A DNA stretch of 64,000 nt from Raillietiella orientalis (taxonomy: Eukaryota): positions 434,001 to 498,000 of the forward strand of contig JAYWIR010000043.1 of NCBI GenBank assembly GCA_036172245.1. Reading direction: 5' to 3'. Shown piece after piece: positions 51,887 through 64,000 of this stretch. The notes beneath the pieces were generated by a model. It saw only the letters and a program-made list of their open reading frames with translations. It was not told where the DNA came from and did no database searches. Position 1 is the stretch's first letter. Each line of letters opens with the position of its first letter. A program made the translations under genes and the position numbers.

Positions 51887-53228
51887 ATGAACAAAGCCAC
51901 AAGAGTCATTTTCTGCGCTGCCGGAATCTTCATTTGTTATTTCTTTTATGGCATTTTACAGGAAAAAATGTAAGATTGCTGAATGTACTCGAACACTGGT
52001 TGCTTTGTTGTCACTTGACCCCTGAATGAGTTACTATTCTCAAATCTTCCTGTCGTATGTGGTTGTGACAATCATAATGACAATATTTGTAATAAGAAAT
52101 GAGCATGACTGATGCAGAGAAGGCTTTCTAACTATGTGAACTTCCTATGTTATTTGGCTGATTGCCGAATATTACTGTAACATTCATTTATTGCAGCACC
52201 AGGGGAAAATATGGAAACCAAGAAGAAAGATTTACCTTTGCACTTGCTTTGGTATGTATGCAGTGCTTAACAAATTCAATTTATGCCAAATTAGGTAATT
52301 ATATTACATTATTTGTGATTGAATTTTAAAATATTTCTTGTACTTATTTTTCTTTTTCCAGTAATTCGACTAAACAAATCATCAGTTAAAGATGCAACAG
52401 GGCATACTTACTATGCCATTTGTTCATTTACGTACATGGCTGCAATGGCCAGCAGCAATAAGGCCCTACAGTGGGTCACATATCCATCTCAAGTTATCGG
52501 AAAATCCTGCAAACCAATTCCTGTACTGCTGCTTTCAGTAATTCTGGGTCGGCGTCATTACTCAGTCTACAAATACTTGTTTGTGATAATGATTGTAACA
52601 GGGGTTTGCATATTCCTGTTTCAAGAAGGTGGTTCAGGAGCTGAACATGTTGGTCTAGGTGAACTATTGTTGGTAAGAGAAGAATCCGAATCTTGTGTGT
52701 AATTCTGCTTAGGTGTTGTCTTTGATACTGGATGGATTTACAGCAGCAATACAGGAACGTATGAGAGCTAAATTCAGCACTCGCTCAGCACCTATGATGC
52801 TTGCTATGAATTTGTGGGGTTTGCTGTATGCTGGAACAGGTTAGAGACCAACAAGGAGTGGAAATTAACTATCAGGCCACAGCATCATTGGCCACTGGTG
52901 AAATGATGCATTTTTTTCAGTTTGTCCAGAAGTATCCTCTACTTTTGTTCGATGTTTTTGTATTTTGTATCACCAATGCTCTAGGACAGGTGAATGTCCT
53001 TTTTGACTATGGTTCACCATTCCGTTTTAGTATTTTATTTTCATATCTGTGGCTGAGTTTGGACCACTCTTATGCTCGATTTTGACTACTACGCGCAAGT
53101 TTTTCACAGTTCTTGCTTCTGTACTGTTGTTTGGCAACGTCCTTACAAAACAACAGTGGGTAGGAGCATTTCTAGTTTTTAGTGGTATCATCATGGATAG
53201 TATACATTCTCAACAAACTAAACATTAG
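51887..53228 (+). CDS. SLC35B1: Solute carrier family 35 member B1 (UGTrel1/HUT1; ER nucleotide/nucleotide-sugar transporter family)
   Basis: Six exons from ATG 51887 to TAG 53226-53228. Motifs: [94 protein letters not shown]. Confidence 0.95.
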
Positions 53229-55977
53229 GTCAGTAATTCCTAATTTGTGAAGTGATTTAAATCCATAGTTCCAGGGCCTGCAATCAGATTACCAAACTTG
53301 CATTTACAAAGCATGCCAAAGAACTGTGCTATGTACTTTTCCAATAAGTCATTTATTCTGAAATACAATGTTTAAAAATAGAATAACTTTTTTCAGTTTT
53401 CTAAGTAGGATGTAGTCAGTCATTTATGGTAGTTTTTATTGTATTTGGTGCTGTTTTTGGTATATTTGAAGAGAAATTTCCAAGAAAATTGTTGCAGCCC
53501 ATTTCCATGCTAAACCATCAAAAGTGCACCTTTGCACTTTGGTGCATTTAGACTATGTGCTGCAGAAGGAATCGAGTCTTTTGGGGTTATATAAGTGATA
53601 TTTATGACGCAAAAGGGTCTCCTAAAATTGCAAAAAAAAACCAGTGTCAGAAATGCAGTTTGTTTGTGAGAAAATTGTGTAATCTTTGCAAGCTTCAAGA
53701 GTTGATTACAGGATAATACATCCCAAATAAAGATATAGAGTTTCACATTTGAAATGCACTTCTAGTTTGCTGTGAGAATTATTAATGGATTACTCAGAAA
53801 TCTCAAGATAATGTTGATCACAAGTATTAATATCAAATTGGAGCATATGCCATCTTGAATTTGGTGCTCACATGAAGTTTCATTCCTATGGATAGTATTC
53901 CTGGAATCTATATTTCCTTAGTAAGAAAAAAAAAAAAAACACGGGAACACGAAAGACTGACAGTTTGTTCCAGTTAACCTGTTTTTTTGAAACTCTTGTG
54001 CATTGCATTTTCATGAAGTGACACCATCCTACATCCCAATAATGATAATACGTATCTTGCCAATTGCTTGTTGGATTGAGTTGAATGCATAATGTTTCCA
54101 CCGTTTTCTTATATCTGATATCTTGCGATTTGACCAGTTCTCACCGATGAATCAGGACTTCTGATAATGATTTTTTTTTTTTTTTCGCAAGAAAGAACAT
54201 AAATTCGCTCATTTTCGCAGTCGGTTGAAATCCAGTTGAAAGCTGAAGTCCGGATTCACATGGTGCAATCACCTTGAACGAGGAAGCTGGATGATGAGCA
54301 ACATGATGACCTCTGCTCCACTTGCGACCAAGCAGTGCTCAGAAGTTGCTCTGGCATCGACTCAGCAACGTGCGCCTCCAAGTCTCACCCAGAAGGGAAA
54401 GAAAATTACGGTGGTCGTGTAGCAACGTGGGCGATGAAGTCGAGCCTTTTCCCGTCCAGCATACAGTGAAAGACTGTAAGGTACACAACAGTGTGTCCCA
54501 AAGCAAGGACAGAAAGCTATCCTTAATACGCTCTGGTCCGTAAATGGACTCGAGATGGACAGCTCAGGTTCATCTCTATCCCTTCCAAATGAAGGAAGGA
54601 ATGATCTTGAAGCTATCCAAAATAAAAGATATGTGTCTTTTGTTTTGGAATTACATACCTAATTAATGAGAGGACAAACAATACTTTGGTTCTATCAAAA
54701 ATACGTTCCACAATATAATACGAGCGTGTATGCAAAACGTGTGCACACGTAAGGTGTGCAATATGAATGCAACCTTGATTTTTGCTTTAGCTGACCAACT
54801 GCAACGTGAGCGACGACTCCAGAGGACAAAGTCCAACTCACCAACCTACGCAAGGACATCCTTTGCATCAGAGTAATCAAACAAGAAAGTTCCTTCCGAA
54901 TGACGGTCATTTTTTAAAAAACAAAGGCACCGTTTTCGCATACTTTTGCACGGTGCTCCCTTCAAAGGCCGCAAATGTGCGTGTTCCCATGTGATTTCAT
55001 ACGTTGCTCAGGCCATCAATCCCAATGACATCATTGTGCTGCGACGCGGAAGTGCAGCGCATGGTAATGCTCAGAGGCCGAGTGATGACCTCGACTTCTG
55101 GACACACGAGAAGTGTTAAACACCGATGCGGAACGTGCCGCTCTGAATTGCAACCCATAGAGGAGTTCGTCCATTTTTGTTGTGTGCATGAAAGGTTGAT
55201 TTTCAATGCCTCGATGAACCCTTCGATTGCCTCGAAATTTGCATGGTTTCATCTGGTTTTGCCCATTCTTTCCCTTTTCCTATAATATCACAAAGCAAAT
55301 CTGACATGTCGTTATGGTCTTCAAGTTTTAGCCTTATTTCTTGTGCGCCTATTCTCAGGGAATAATACTCTTCTGTATTTCCGAGACCGCAAGAGACTAC
55401 AGGAGGATGCTCGGGGAACAGGCACGGCGTAAAATATTCCCCCCCCCCCGTCTACACGCCCCGGGCGTACCCGGGTGGCAACCCCCCCCGTCTACAAAGT
55501 ATTTCACTGCTTCTGGAGTTCAAGACGTTCAAGACGTTCCGATTCGATTTGTGGAGTTTTGCCAATTCGACAAAACCGATACACCTGAATTGTGAGTGCA
55601 TCTTCACGAAGAGGCAATGTTTGTTTCAGTCTCACTCGAGCCTTCTTTAATCTCTCTTTCTTGCTTTCAGTACAAAAGAACGTTTTTCCGGGACATTTGT
55701 TTGGATCCCATCCGTTTATTGCGTCCCCTTCAGTGATTTTTACCAATAAGGTCTCAAGCGTGTGACTGAAAATTCCCTTCATCCGTGTGCAAAAGTTTCT
55801 GCAGTGATTTACAAACGACTTATAAAAACTTTGGAAAGCTCTCTGAAGGTGTATTTTGCTGATAGTCTGAGTAAACGGATGCCGCAAATGTTACCAAACG
55901 CACCAAGACGGTACGGCCGACTCGTCGACAGAATAGGCGGACGTTTTGCCCATCGTAGTTTTGTTTCCACGAAACGA

Positions 55978-56571
55978 TCAGTAAAGTCGGATGCGGGAAT
56001 TCAGAAACAGACCTAAGAATTGCTCGTAGGAGATGGTGATGACTCCATCTTGATCCAAATCACATGAGCGGAAGAACGACGTGAGCGTCTAGAGGAAAAG
56101 AAGAAGAATGTGGAATAGAGGGGGAACCGCCTCCACTCACATGTAATGTGACGCAGCACTGTATGAAATTATCAAATAGAATTGCATTTCTCCCAGTGAC
56201 ATCGAATCTGCGAAACATCAGATTCTGCAACTGCTTGGACAGGCGATATCCGAAGTGAGTCAGTGCAGCATTAAGCTCGCTGGCTTCTATGGAACCGGAG
56301 TTATCTTTGTCGAAGAAGAAGAAGCACTGCTGCCAGTCGTGGATGTACCTCACCATGGGCATGAAATCCTCGAATGTAACTCCACCAACATTCGTTCTGT
56401 CAAATAAACCTTTGTTAGGGATGCATTTTTACTGTCAGAACAGCGCAAGACCACAATTTAATACCTATTATGAGGCGGGCTGTCTCGGAACTGAACGGAG
56501 CTAATGTGCCATTTGTCAAAGCATTTTGCAATTCATCGACTGTGATGAGTCCGTTGCCATCCTTATCTATC
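55978..56571 (-). CDS. PDCD6: Penta-EF-hand protein, PDCD6/ALG-2-like (first coding exon not located)
   Basis: Exons 56571-56465, 56409-56141 and 56088-55978. EF1 DKDGNGLITVDELQNALTNG, EF3 DKDNSGSIEASEL, FGYRLS, FDNFIQCCV and EF5 DLDQDGVITISYEQFL. Confidence 0.88.
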
Positions 56572-57995
56572 CTAAGAGAAATTCTGCTTAAATTCTTAGC
56601 TGAGAGCATGCATTCGAACGCACCCATCCAGCTGTAATGAGCGCGCGTCACGTGGAACAAACTCACGCGGTGAGGTCACTGGTGCGAGTTTAGCACTCGT
56701 GGGTCCGCTTTCTTCCGTGGGCGAGGCCGTAATTTCAAGGAAGGGGGGGGGGGGATCACGAAGAACGGAAGAGGAAGGTGCATTCGTGAACGAGAATGCT
56801 GCCGCAATTACTATTCGTACAATCCAATCGCGAATGCTGCTGCCGCCCCCTTCCAATGTCTCTTTCGGTCCAGTTCTCCAGCCACTCTGCAGACATCCAA
56901 TTTCTTCCTCAGTCTCTTCACCTTCCTTTCCGCCAGCCCTTTTCCGAGGCGGAAGAGAAATTGCCGCATGCATTCCAGGCAGCTCTTAAGCACACGCAGT
57001 TCGGAGATCAAATGAGAGTTTGTTTACAAAGGAATTTCTTCTCGAAAAAATCAATGCGTCTTTCAAAGAGGCAATTTTTTTTTTTTTTTTTTTTGCAAGG
57101 ATGTTAACCAGCTCTAATTCGACAGGCCTTTCTTCTGGAACTAATAAACTTAAACTTCGACTGTATTTGTTTCCAGGGACGGCGGCGCTTTCCCAATGCG
57201 AATTACGGCGCGACAAAAAACGAGTAAGATCGTTTTATTTACGGGGAAAGCTACCGAGGGTGAGCTTTCAGGTAAGAAAGCTGCAGTCAAGAAGAAAGAG
57301 GAACTCCGACAGCCAGAAAAATAGAATACCTCGGCCCACGTGTTGCACAAGTACGCTCTGCAAGCTGAACGGCTGGTGCAAGGTAATGTATGGCGTAAAA
57401 GATATTCCTACTAGTACCTATATAGGAAACGTGTAAATAACCAAATCAAGAAGCTGAATGCTCTCGCATTCCACAACAACAACAACAACAACACCTATTG
57501 AGGCTGAGGTTACCTGAAGGATCTTCAGAAGAAAAACTAACTCGAAGCTCTCCCCCCAAAACAAGCCGGAGTTTCTGCTTGATCCTCCCCATCCCAATTG
57601 CACTTTCGCACATCTCGAATCAACTTCCTGCCTGAAAAAAGCATTCATTTCCTCAAACTACTGAGGCCGATCGTGGCATAACCACAACTTTTGGTCCCAG
57701 AGTCTGTGACCTGGCAGAATCCGTTTCCCGTCTCCGGTTTCTGCGAATTCGCCCAGCGGCCTCCTCCCATTTCGACGGCTTCCGTTCGGCGCGCCACGGT
57801 CCCTTCCGGGCCCCGACCTCTTCCCCGGGAGAGGAATTTCCAGGTTTCCGGCTGCAGTTGCAATCCTGAGACAAGCTGAGACAATTTCCCGCAATCGATC
57901 TGCTTGCATCACACAACCATGGAGCTTACATACACATTCCCCTTCTGGAGAGGCCGTGTTTGTATTCGACCTTGCCGATAAACTGATTTCCTTTT

Positions 57996-58500
57996 GTTTC
58001 CATGACTGTCTGCCCGCGGCAACCCGCAGGGGATCGTGTCATTCTTCAGGATAGGGGGCACCCCGGGATGGGGTCCGCCCTATGAATCCAGGAAGGGCTG
58101 GGGAGTCCGTTCCTCTCACGCTTGGGGAGGGATCCCCCCCCCGGACGGGGGGGGATCGCACCTCCCACCCTGTTTGTCTCCGAAGGAGAACCCCGAAGGG
58201 AATCTCCTTCCTCATTCTCTCCGGAGGGACACTCCCTGGGAGGGGGGTGATCTTCTCCATTTCAACTTCTCCGAAGGGAACCCGGAAAGGATCCGCCTGC
58301 GGGAATTTCTTCTCCGGAGGGAACCCGCAAGGGAACCGCTCCTCTGAAGAGAACCCCGAAGGGACGCTTCCGAAACTCAAGCAGGGGCGCTGCAGCTTCC
58401 CGCTTGCTTCCTTGAGCACACTCCGTGAAGAGGCGATGACTCGGAGGGACCCCCAACAGGGGGGTCCGCTCTCCGTTGCACACCGGAGGGGGAACTCCCC
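57996..58500. repeat. GC-rich cluster of short inverted repeats/hairpins, candidate structured RNA
   Basis: Hairpins include GGGAGG-GATC(C)n-GGAC-(G)8ATC-GCA-CCTCCC (58125-58166), GAAGGAGA-ACCCCGAAGGGAA-TCTCCTTC (58182-58210), CCC-GCAA-GGG (58324-58333) and GGACCCCC-AACAG-GGGGGTCC (58447-58467). The words GAGAACCCCGAAGGGA and TTCTCCGGAGGGA are repeated. Confidence 0.75.
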
Positions 58501-58689
58501 ACTCCTGATTTTCTTCGACAGGAGTCTGCGGCCTTTCGCATCGACTTTCGAGAGTCTTGGATTATTAAAAATGACTGCGTTTCAAAATATCCCTTTTGAT
58601 TATTTTGGTGATTCCCCATAGAATTCTTCCCAGTTACAACATCCCTCGACAACTGACCCTCACGTCTTTGGTCTTTCGTCGTCACGTCG

Positions 58690-59300
58690 TTCGTTCTGTC
58701 AGTGCACGGTGTTCACGGCTGAAGTTTGCAAAATTCCAAAAATGTTCGTCAAACTTATTGTGATCCTTCGTTTTGACACGACTACATCCCGAGCCACATC
58801 CATCATCGTCTTCCCTCACCTGAAGGAAACCCTCCCTGCAGTGTACGATCCCATGCAAATGAGCAGTCCAATGCGCTGCTCAGCGATGTCGACGATGCGA
58901 TCTTTAGTTCTCGCCGAAGCACTGGTCCATCCTGGTCACTCGCGATCGCAGAGCTGGTTCTCTGCCGTGTCATTTAAGCACGCCGAAAACTGTCCTTTTC
59001 ATCTGCAGGAGCACCGAATACCGCAACGGCCACGCGCCATCATCAGCTTCGGGTTGATTGCTGTAATTTCTTTTCTCTACACATCATCGGGATGTTGACC
59101 GCGGCGTTCCCGCGGATGCCTCCGACTGACGTCGCCATGGAAACAGCGGTTCAGCAAAACCGCTTAGCTATCCCGAACATCTCTACTCTGATGCGATCGC
59201 GAATGCACACGCAGCTCCGCGGTATCCTTGCCCTGTCCTCGCCAACGGTCAAGTTCAAAACTTTCGATTCGCCCATAATCCCTTGCATTCTTGCACCCTC
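58690..59300 (-). mobile_element. Possible decayed non-LTR retrotransposon (RTE-like) AP-endonuclease relic
   Basis: Broken minus-strand frames KVLNLTVG..RIRVEMFGIAK, RVAVAVFGAPADEKDSF and KDRIVDIAEQRIGLLICMGS...VSFR*GKTMMD follow the order of APE motifs (TLNV, DILGxxE, YAP..EK..F, NG.RI.DF...L.I.NT, TY.SG..QID). Weak, by eye. Confidence 0.3.
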
Positions 59301-62300
59301 CGGCAACTTTCAAGCCTGAGGTCCGCACGGAGACTTGGATTTCCGGGTTAGAGGTCACTCCAGGAGAAGGCTCCACTGCGTTCCGGGAACAAATATCCGC
59401 CTTTGCTTTTCCCTCGATTCTCCGACGTTCGGATTCGGTCGTCTTACGGCTGCGCAGCGTTTTACGGCTGCTGCGAGGTTTCCGATGCGGCAATTTTTTG
59501 CCCGAGGAATCACACGGATGCTATCCACGTTGGATCGTAATGCTCAGTCATCGTTTATTCTTTCTATCGCAGCTCGTGGATTTCCTTGAAAGTGAAAGGA
59601 AAACCTTCGCAAAGTGTATGGCCGACACCTGAAAACTTTTTTTGGGGAGAAGAAAAAGGTCACAGACTCATTAAATAATTGGGGATTGGCAGCCAAAGAA
59701 AAGGACAACAACGAATCCCTGGAACGCATCCTCGTCAGATGATCGGCAGCACAGAGGTCACCGAATGGATCGAAAAAAAAAAAAAAAAAAAAAAAAAACG
59801 CAAATAAAAGAGGGCCCACTCGTTGGGCGAACGTCTAATAAAATTTCAATATATCGGAACGCACGCACGCGCACTCGTTTTCGTTGCCAAGGTCTCACGA
59901 AGGGAACATCAAAGCACATGTTAAACTCTGATCAATGTCAAACCAACGTCCGTTCCCGACTTTGATGTCTGAATCTGAGCAGAAGAAAAAAAAACGCATC
60001 AAACAGCAATGTCGGCGGTCTGACGAAGGCCGATGGAGGGTTTCCGGAGGTGGGCCGAACGGATCCGTCACCGACGGCTGGCTGGCGCGCTGCCATGGCA
60101 GCCGAAGGTTCCACCGGAGGAGTGGGGTACGCACGCACCCCATGGGCTTCCGTTCCGACCCCCTGAAACGCGCCTCGCACCGCTGGCGCTCGCTTCCTCT
60201 CCCCTATTTACTCGCCGCGTACACTACATAACGGAGTGGAAGCTGTCCGTTCAGGACGTACGCAAATACTCGGAATGGAACGACGGGGGAGGGGGGGCAA
60301 ACAAATCGGACTGCACGATGATTGCACGATAACAGCGCCAACACGCAAAGATATCAATTTTTAATATCGCAAAATAAAAACGTCGCATTTCCTCTTTATC
60401 AGCCTTTGTACGGTGACTGATTAGAGAGGAGCTGAGAGGCCACGGGGCTTCCCATGACGAACCATCCCTGCTGCAACACAAACACGAGAGAGACATCGCA
60501 GAGACGCGCTGTGGGATTTCGGTCCACGGTCGAAACTCGGGGAGATCCCAAACCACGAAATTCCTTAAACCCTTCCACCACCACCACCCCCTCCCACTTT
60601 CCTTCGGTTTACCTTTTAAACACGAAACAGGGAAGAGTTAAAACTCAAGGGGACCGCTCTTCTCCCCTTCGAAGAAGGAAAAACGGGATGCATCCTCTTG
60701 TTTATGCGATATCCCATAACACAATGTAGATAAATAGGCGCAGTTTTGATCCATGCAACATAAGAACAACACTTGGATGAATGGAAGCAGCCATCACTCG
60801 AAAGCAGCGTTTCTTCATGCAGACGAATAACAGCTGCTTCTGTCTATCCAAATTGTTTTGTTTTTTAAAAAAGGGACCATTGCCCACGAAGAAACGATGC
60901 GGGTAGGTGCTCTGCCCCAATGTACGGAGAGGGATTTCGAAAGGTGCCTACGCTGTTTCGTAGGCATCGGGCCTGAAACGGGCACCTATTTCGTTCATTC
61001 GTCCGGCTCAAAAGACTTGCTGGACAACTGCATCGATGTACGAAACAAATGCAACTACAGAGAGGGAGAAAAAAGGGCGACAGCGAAGAGTACACGGGAA
61101 GATGATGCACGAGCTTGTTCAAGTCTTCGAGTTTCCGAGAAATGCTTCCTCCCTTATGTCAACATGCACAAAGCCTATTGCTACCTACTGAGACTTCAGA
61201 ATCGCAGGCTGACATGTGCTTCGAGAGAAAACAACCAAACACACCGATAAGATAGCAAAGTGATTTTTCCAGCGCTCTCTCTTCGAGAAGTCGTCCCACG
61301 GACCGAGCCAAATTCTACGGGGGGTGCAAGCGTTACAGTAAATAAGGTTTCGAAATTCGAGGAGCAGCCCTGGGAAGCCTGAGTGCACGGGCACGTACGG
61401 TGTTACCACGTACGGTATTCGTTTTCCCGTTAAAATACGTGAAAGGCACTTACGTTTTGAACATCCTCCAGAAATATTCTGGGTCTATTACCACAGCTGA
61501 CTTGGACATGGCTATTCGGAATTTAATGCAACATGATTTCGAAAATGGGAAAACTATCGTTGGAGTTCACCTCGGCATATTTATAAATCTGAAATCAATA
61601 TACAATACACGTTTAAAGGTAACGAACTGAGGCATTAACTACGTAAAGTTCATCCAGTTGCATTAGAGATGGCATTCGCATGTCAAACTTCGCATAATCT
61701 ATAAACAAACAGAGCAACATTATCATTTCACGTTTTCACGAAAAAAAAAAAACACAAACTGAAATCAAATTCAAGTCAGCTACATCCACCAATAAGGACT
61801 CTTCCTACTCATCACGTGAATATGACGTAAGCAGTGTTACGGAGTTACGCTTACGCGGGTACACGCAGGTTCCCAACTTTCAAAACAAAACTGCCTGCTT
61901 CCATCTTTTTTGTTCAAGTTCTTCCAGCTCGTGTAGGGAAGTGCCCTAATCACATTCATGTTTTCTGCAAAACTTGAGTGGAACAAGTTTCCTAGCTCTC
62001 ATACTGGTCGTGAGAGTTTGAAGACTGGCTTCACTGCAGGAAAACAACTCATCTGGAAAAATATCAATCCATAAACCAGTATTTGAAAGTGTTGGGAATT
62101 TCTAGATGGCTCTGTAAGTAAGGAAAGGAGAAAAAATAAATAGGGGTAAAACTTCAAGCATGCTGATGTTCTGAGTACGAAAACCCTATGACACTAGTCC
62201 TTGCGGATACATGTGTCAATAACCAATCAGAAAATGTGAAAGCATAAAAAATTATGGCATTGAGTGTTATGGGTTAGGTCTCTTGAGAAATTCTAAACAA

Positions 62301-62779
62301 TTTCGTCAACTTTCAAACAATAATTGGCATCAAAATTCAAAACGAATGAGTCTCCAAACAGGTGAAGAGGAATTAGAGGAATTATGACATCAGTATCCTA
62401 GTAGCAGTTGCAGAGTTTTCTGCAAGAGTTATTTATGTATGATGATGCTTAAAAGCAGGAGATTCTCTGGAGGTCCCTCTGGTATAGTAACAATTTTCAT
62501 TTGGATAGAAAACAGTACCAGCTTTTGAACATACTAGAGCTGCTACTGGTCAAAACTATTAAAGAGTCCATCTTAGAGAAATTGTTGAGGTACTTTCCTT
62601 CAGTAAGCTTTGTGCCATTTATAGATTTTTTGCTGTTTTGATGTATTTGATTTTGATATTTGATGTAATGAAAATCAATGTGGCTGTGTTTGAGGTGAGG
62701 TCTGTAACTGAATTAGGCAGCTGAAATCAGAGTATATCCTTTGGCATCTCTGTCACAAGGAAACTTCTTTCAGGATCTG

Positions 62780-63208
62780 GAATGAAGATTAGAAGTGATC
62801 TGTAAATTAACCATACTTGGCATGCAAACTTTGCAGACCTCTGCTTTACTTCTAGAACCTACCATTTGCTTGCTCACAATCAACCATGTTCAGAAAGAGA
62901 CAAGAAAAGGGCTTCACTTGGAAAGTGTTTTATTAATTCAGGTGACTTTTGATTAAAATTCCGGTCTTCTAACAAAGGAGAAGTTTCTCTAGCAAGATTG
63001 ATCTCACAACAGTTTAAATGAAGCATATTAAAATGGAAATCCTCTTCCATATAAGACAGTGTCAGCTTCTGCCCAAATCTGACTGACACTACAGTCTCAG
63101 CTAGTAAACTGAATACGAAATGTGCTTACCATAATGACACTGCCTGCGTGCTACAGGCAGAGCAAAACTTGAAAGCCAGAATTGGGTAGACACCATGCGA
63201 GTCTTCAT
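62780..63208 (-). CDS. Possible small multi-exon gene of unknown product
   Basis: MKTRMVSTQFWLSSFALPVARRQCHY, followed by a GTAAG donor and a ~40-nt intron, joins in phase to ORF 62880..63089 (VSVRFGQKLTL...LSLSEH). Other short GT-AG intervals flank it and the region is CpG-poor like the housekeeping genes here. Downstream frames hit stops, so the model is unresolved. Confidence 0.25.
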
Positions 63209-64000
63209 CCCAGTCAGTAGCCAGTGTCTTGCAAAGAAATGCAAAAAGAGTGTTTGTGTCTTTTTTCAAGTTGTGGAGTTGAGAATAACTGAGTTGAAGA
63301 TCACAGTATTCTTGCTGAAATTCGGAACCTGCTTTCTAGTGAAGATTTCAGCGCTCTCACTGACCTTCAGTTGAAGAACCCAGCATCATGATTGGCATAA
63401 TCAGCTTATAAAATCTGTAAATGAAACACATATGGAAGCATGCTCACGCACCTCGGATGACTTTCTCCATCAGTTCAGAAGGAATGTGATCTCAGAGAAA
63501 GCCAGCGCAAGCGAAAGAACAGAACCTAGGTGGAAGAAGGATCCTTGACAGGAAATCCTCGGTGCAGAAGCCTATCTGAGCACCCTAAATTTGAAACACA
63601 CCGAAAATGGGTTCCTCCCTTGAGAATGGATCTTTTCAGCTGCGTACACTGACGTTCGCGTGCCTCAGCCGGAATCGTCGGTCAGAGTACTCGCTACAGC
63701 TTTCTGGTGTTATCTGGAGTTCATCAGGGCAAGCCTTTCTTCCGTCACACCTCAGAAGAAACCACGTTCGCTGGACTCGGCGACTCTTTTCGCTTTCCTC
63801 TTTCGCTCCAGGAACATCCCTATCGTGTGCCAGCAGATTTCGCAGCTGCGATGGTTTCACTTGAGAGGTTCAGACTGACCGAACGGTCACACTGACTTCG
63901 CTCGTCAGAGAGGGCGAATCTGATCAAGTTAGCCCGTGCTCGCGGTTGCTTTCCTCGAATTTTTTAGGCCAGTCTATGGGACTAAGAGGGAAGAGGCAGC

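Noticed and set aside
58036..58621. Overlapping Pro/Gly-rich ORFs, considered as a delta-antigen-like or other protein
   Set aside because: They are by-products of stop-poor GC hairpin sequence and show no recognisable similarity.
1..64000. CRISPR arrays, operons or prokaryotic defence systems
   Set aside because: The sequence is intron-rich animal DNA, and no regularly spaced repeat-spacer array was seen.

Overview
Eukaryotic animal genomic DNA, not prokaryotic. It is probably an arthropod-like invertebrate (inferred from a CLIP-domain protease and an invertebrate-type heme peroxidase) and has many very short introns (about 36-60 nt). Reading GT/GC-AG splice sites and codon phases by hand gives seven recognisable genes: a sigma-type GST with an N-terminal hydrophobic anchor (+), TRAF3IP1/IFT54 (-), a secreted animal heme peroxidase with an altered distal pocket (+), ZNF830 (-), a CLIP-domain trypsin-like protease (-), SLC35B1 (+) and a PDCD6/ALG-2-like penta-EF-hand gene (-). 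An unidentified micro-exon gene runs off the left edge. Non-genic features include an orphan, diverged ~0.9 kb 28S rRNA fragment, a full-length but dead cecropia/Hsmar1-like mariner, several faint retroelement relics, decayed coding-like blocks and perfect fold-back palindromes. The most unusual item is a ~500-bp GC-rich hairpin island (57996-58500) with imperfect hammerhead-like cores on both strands. All identifications come from motif recognition by eye; no database search or folding was run.
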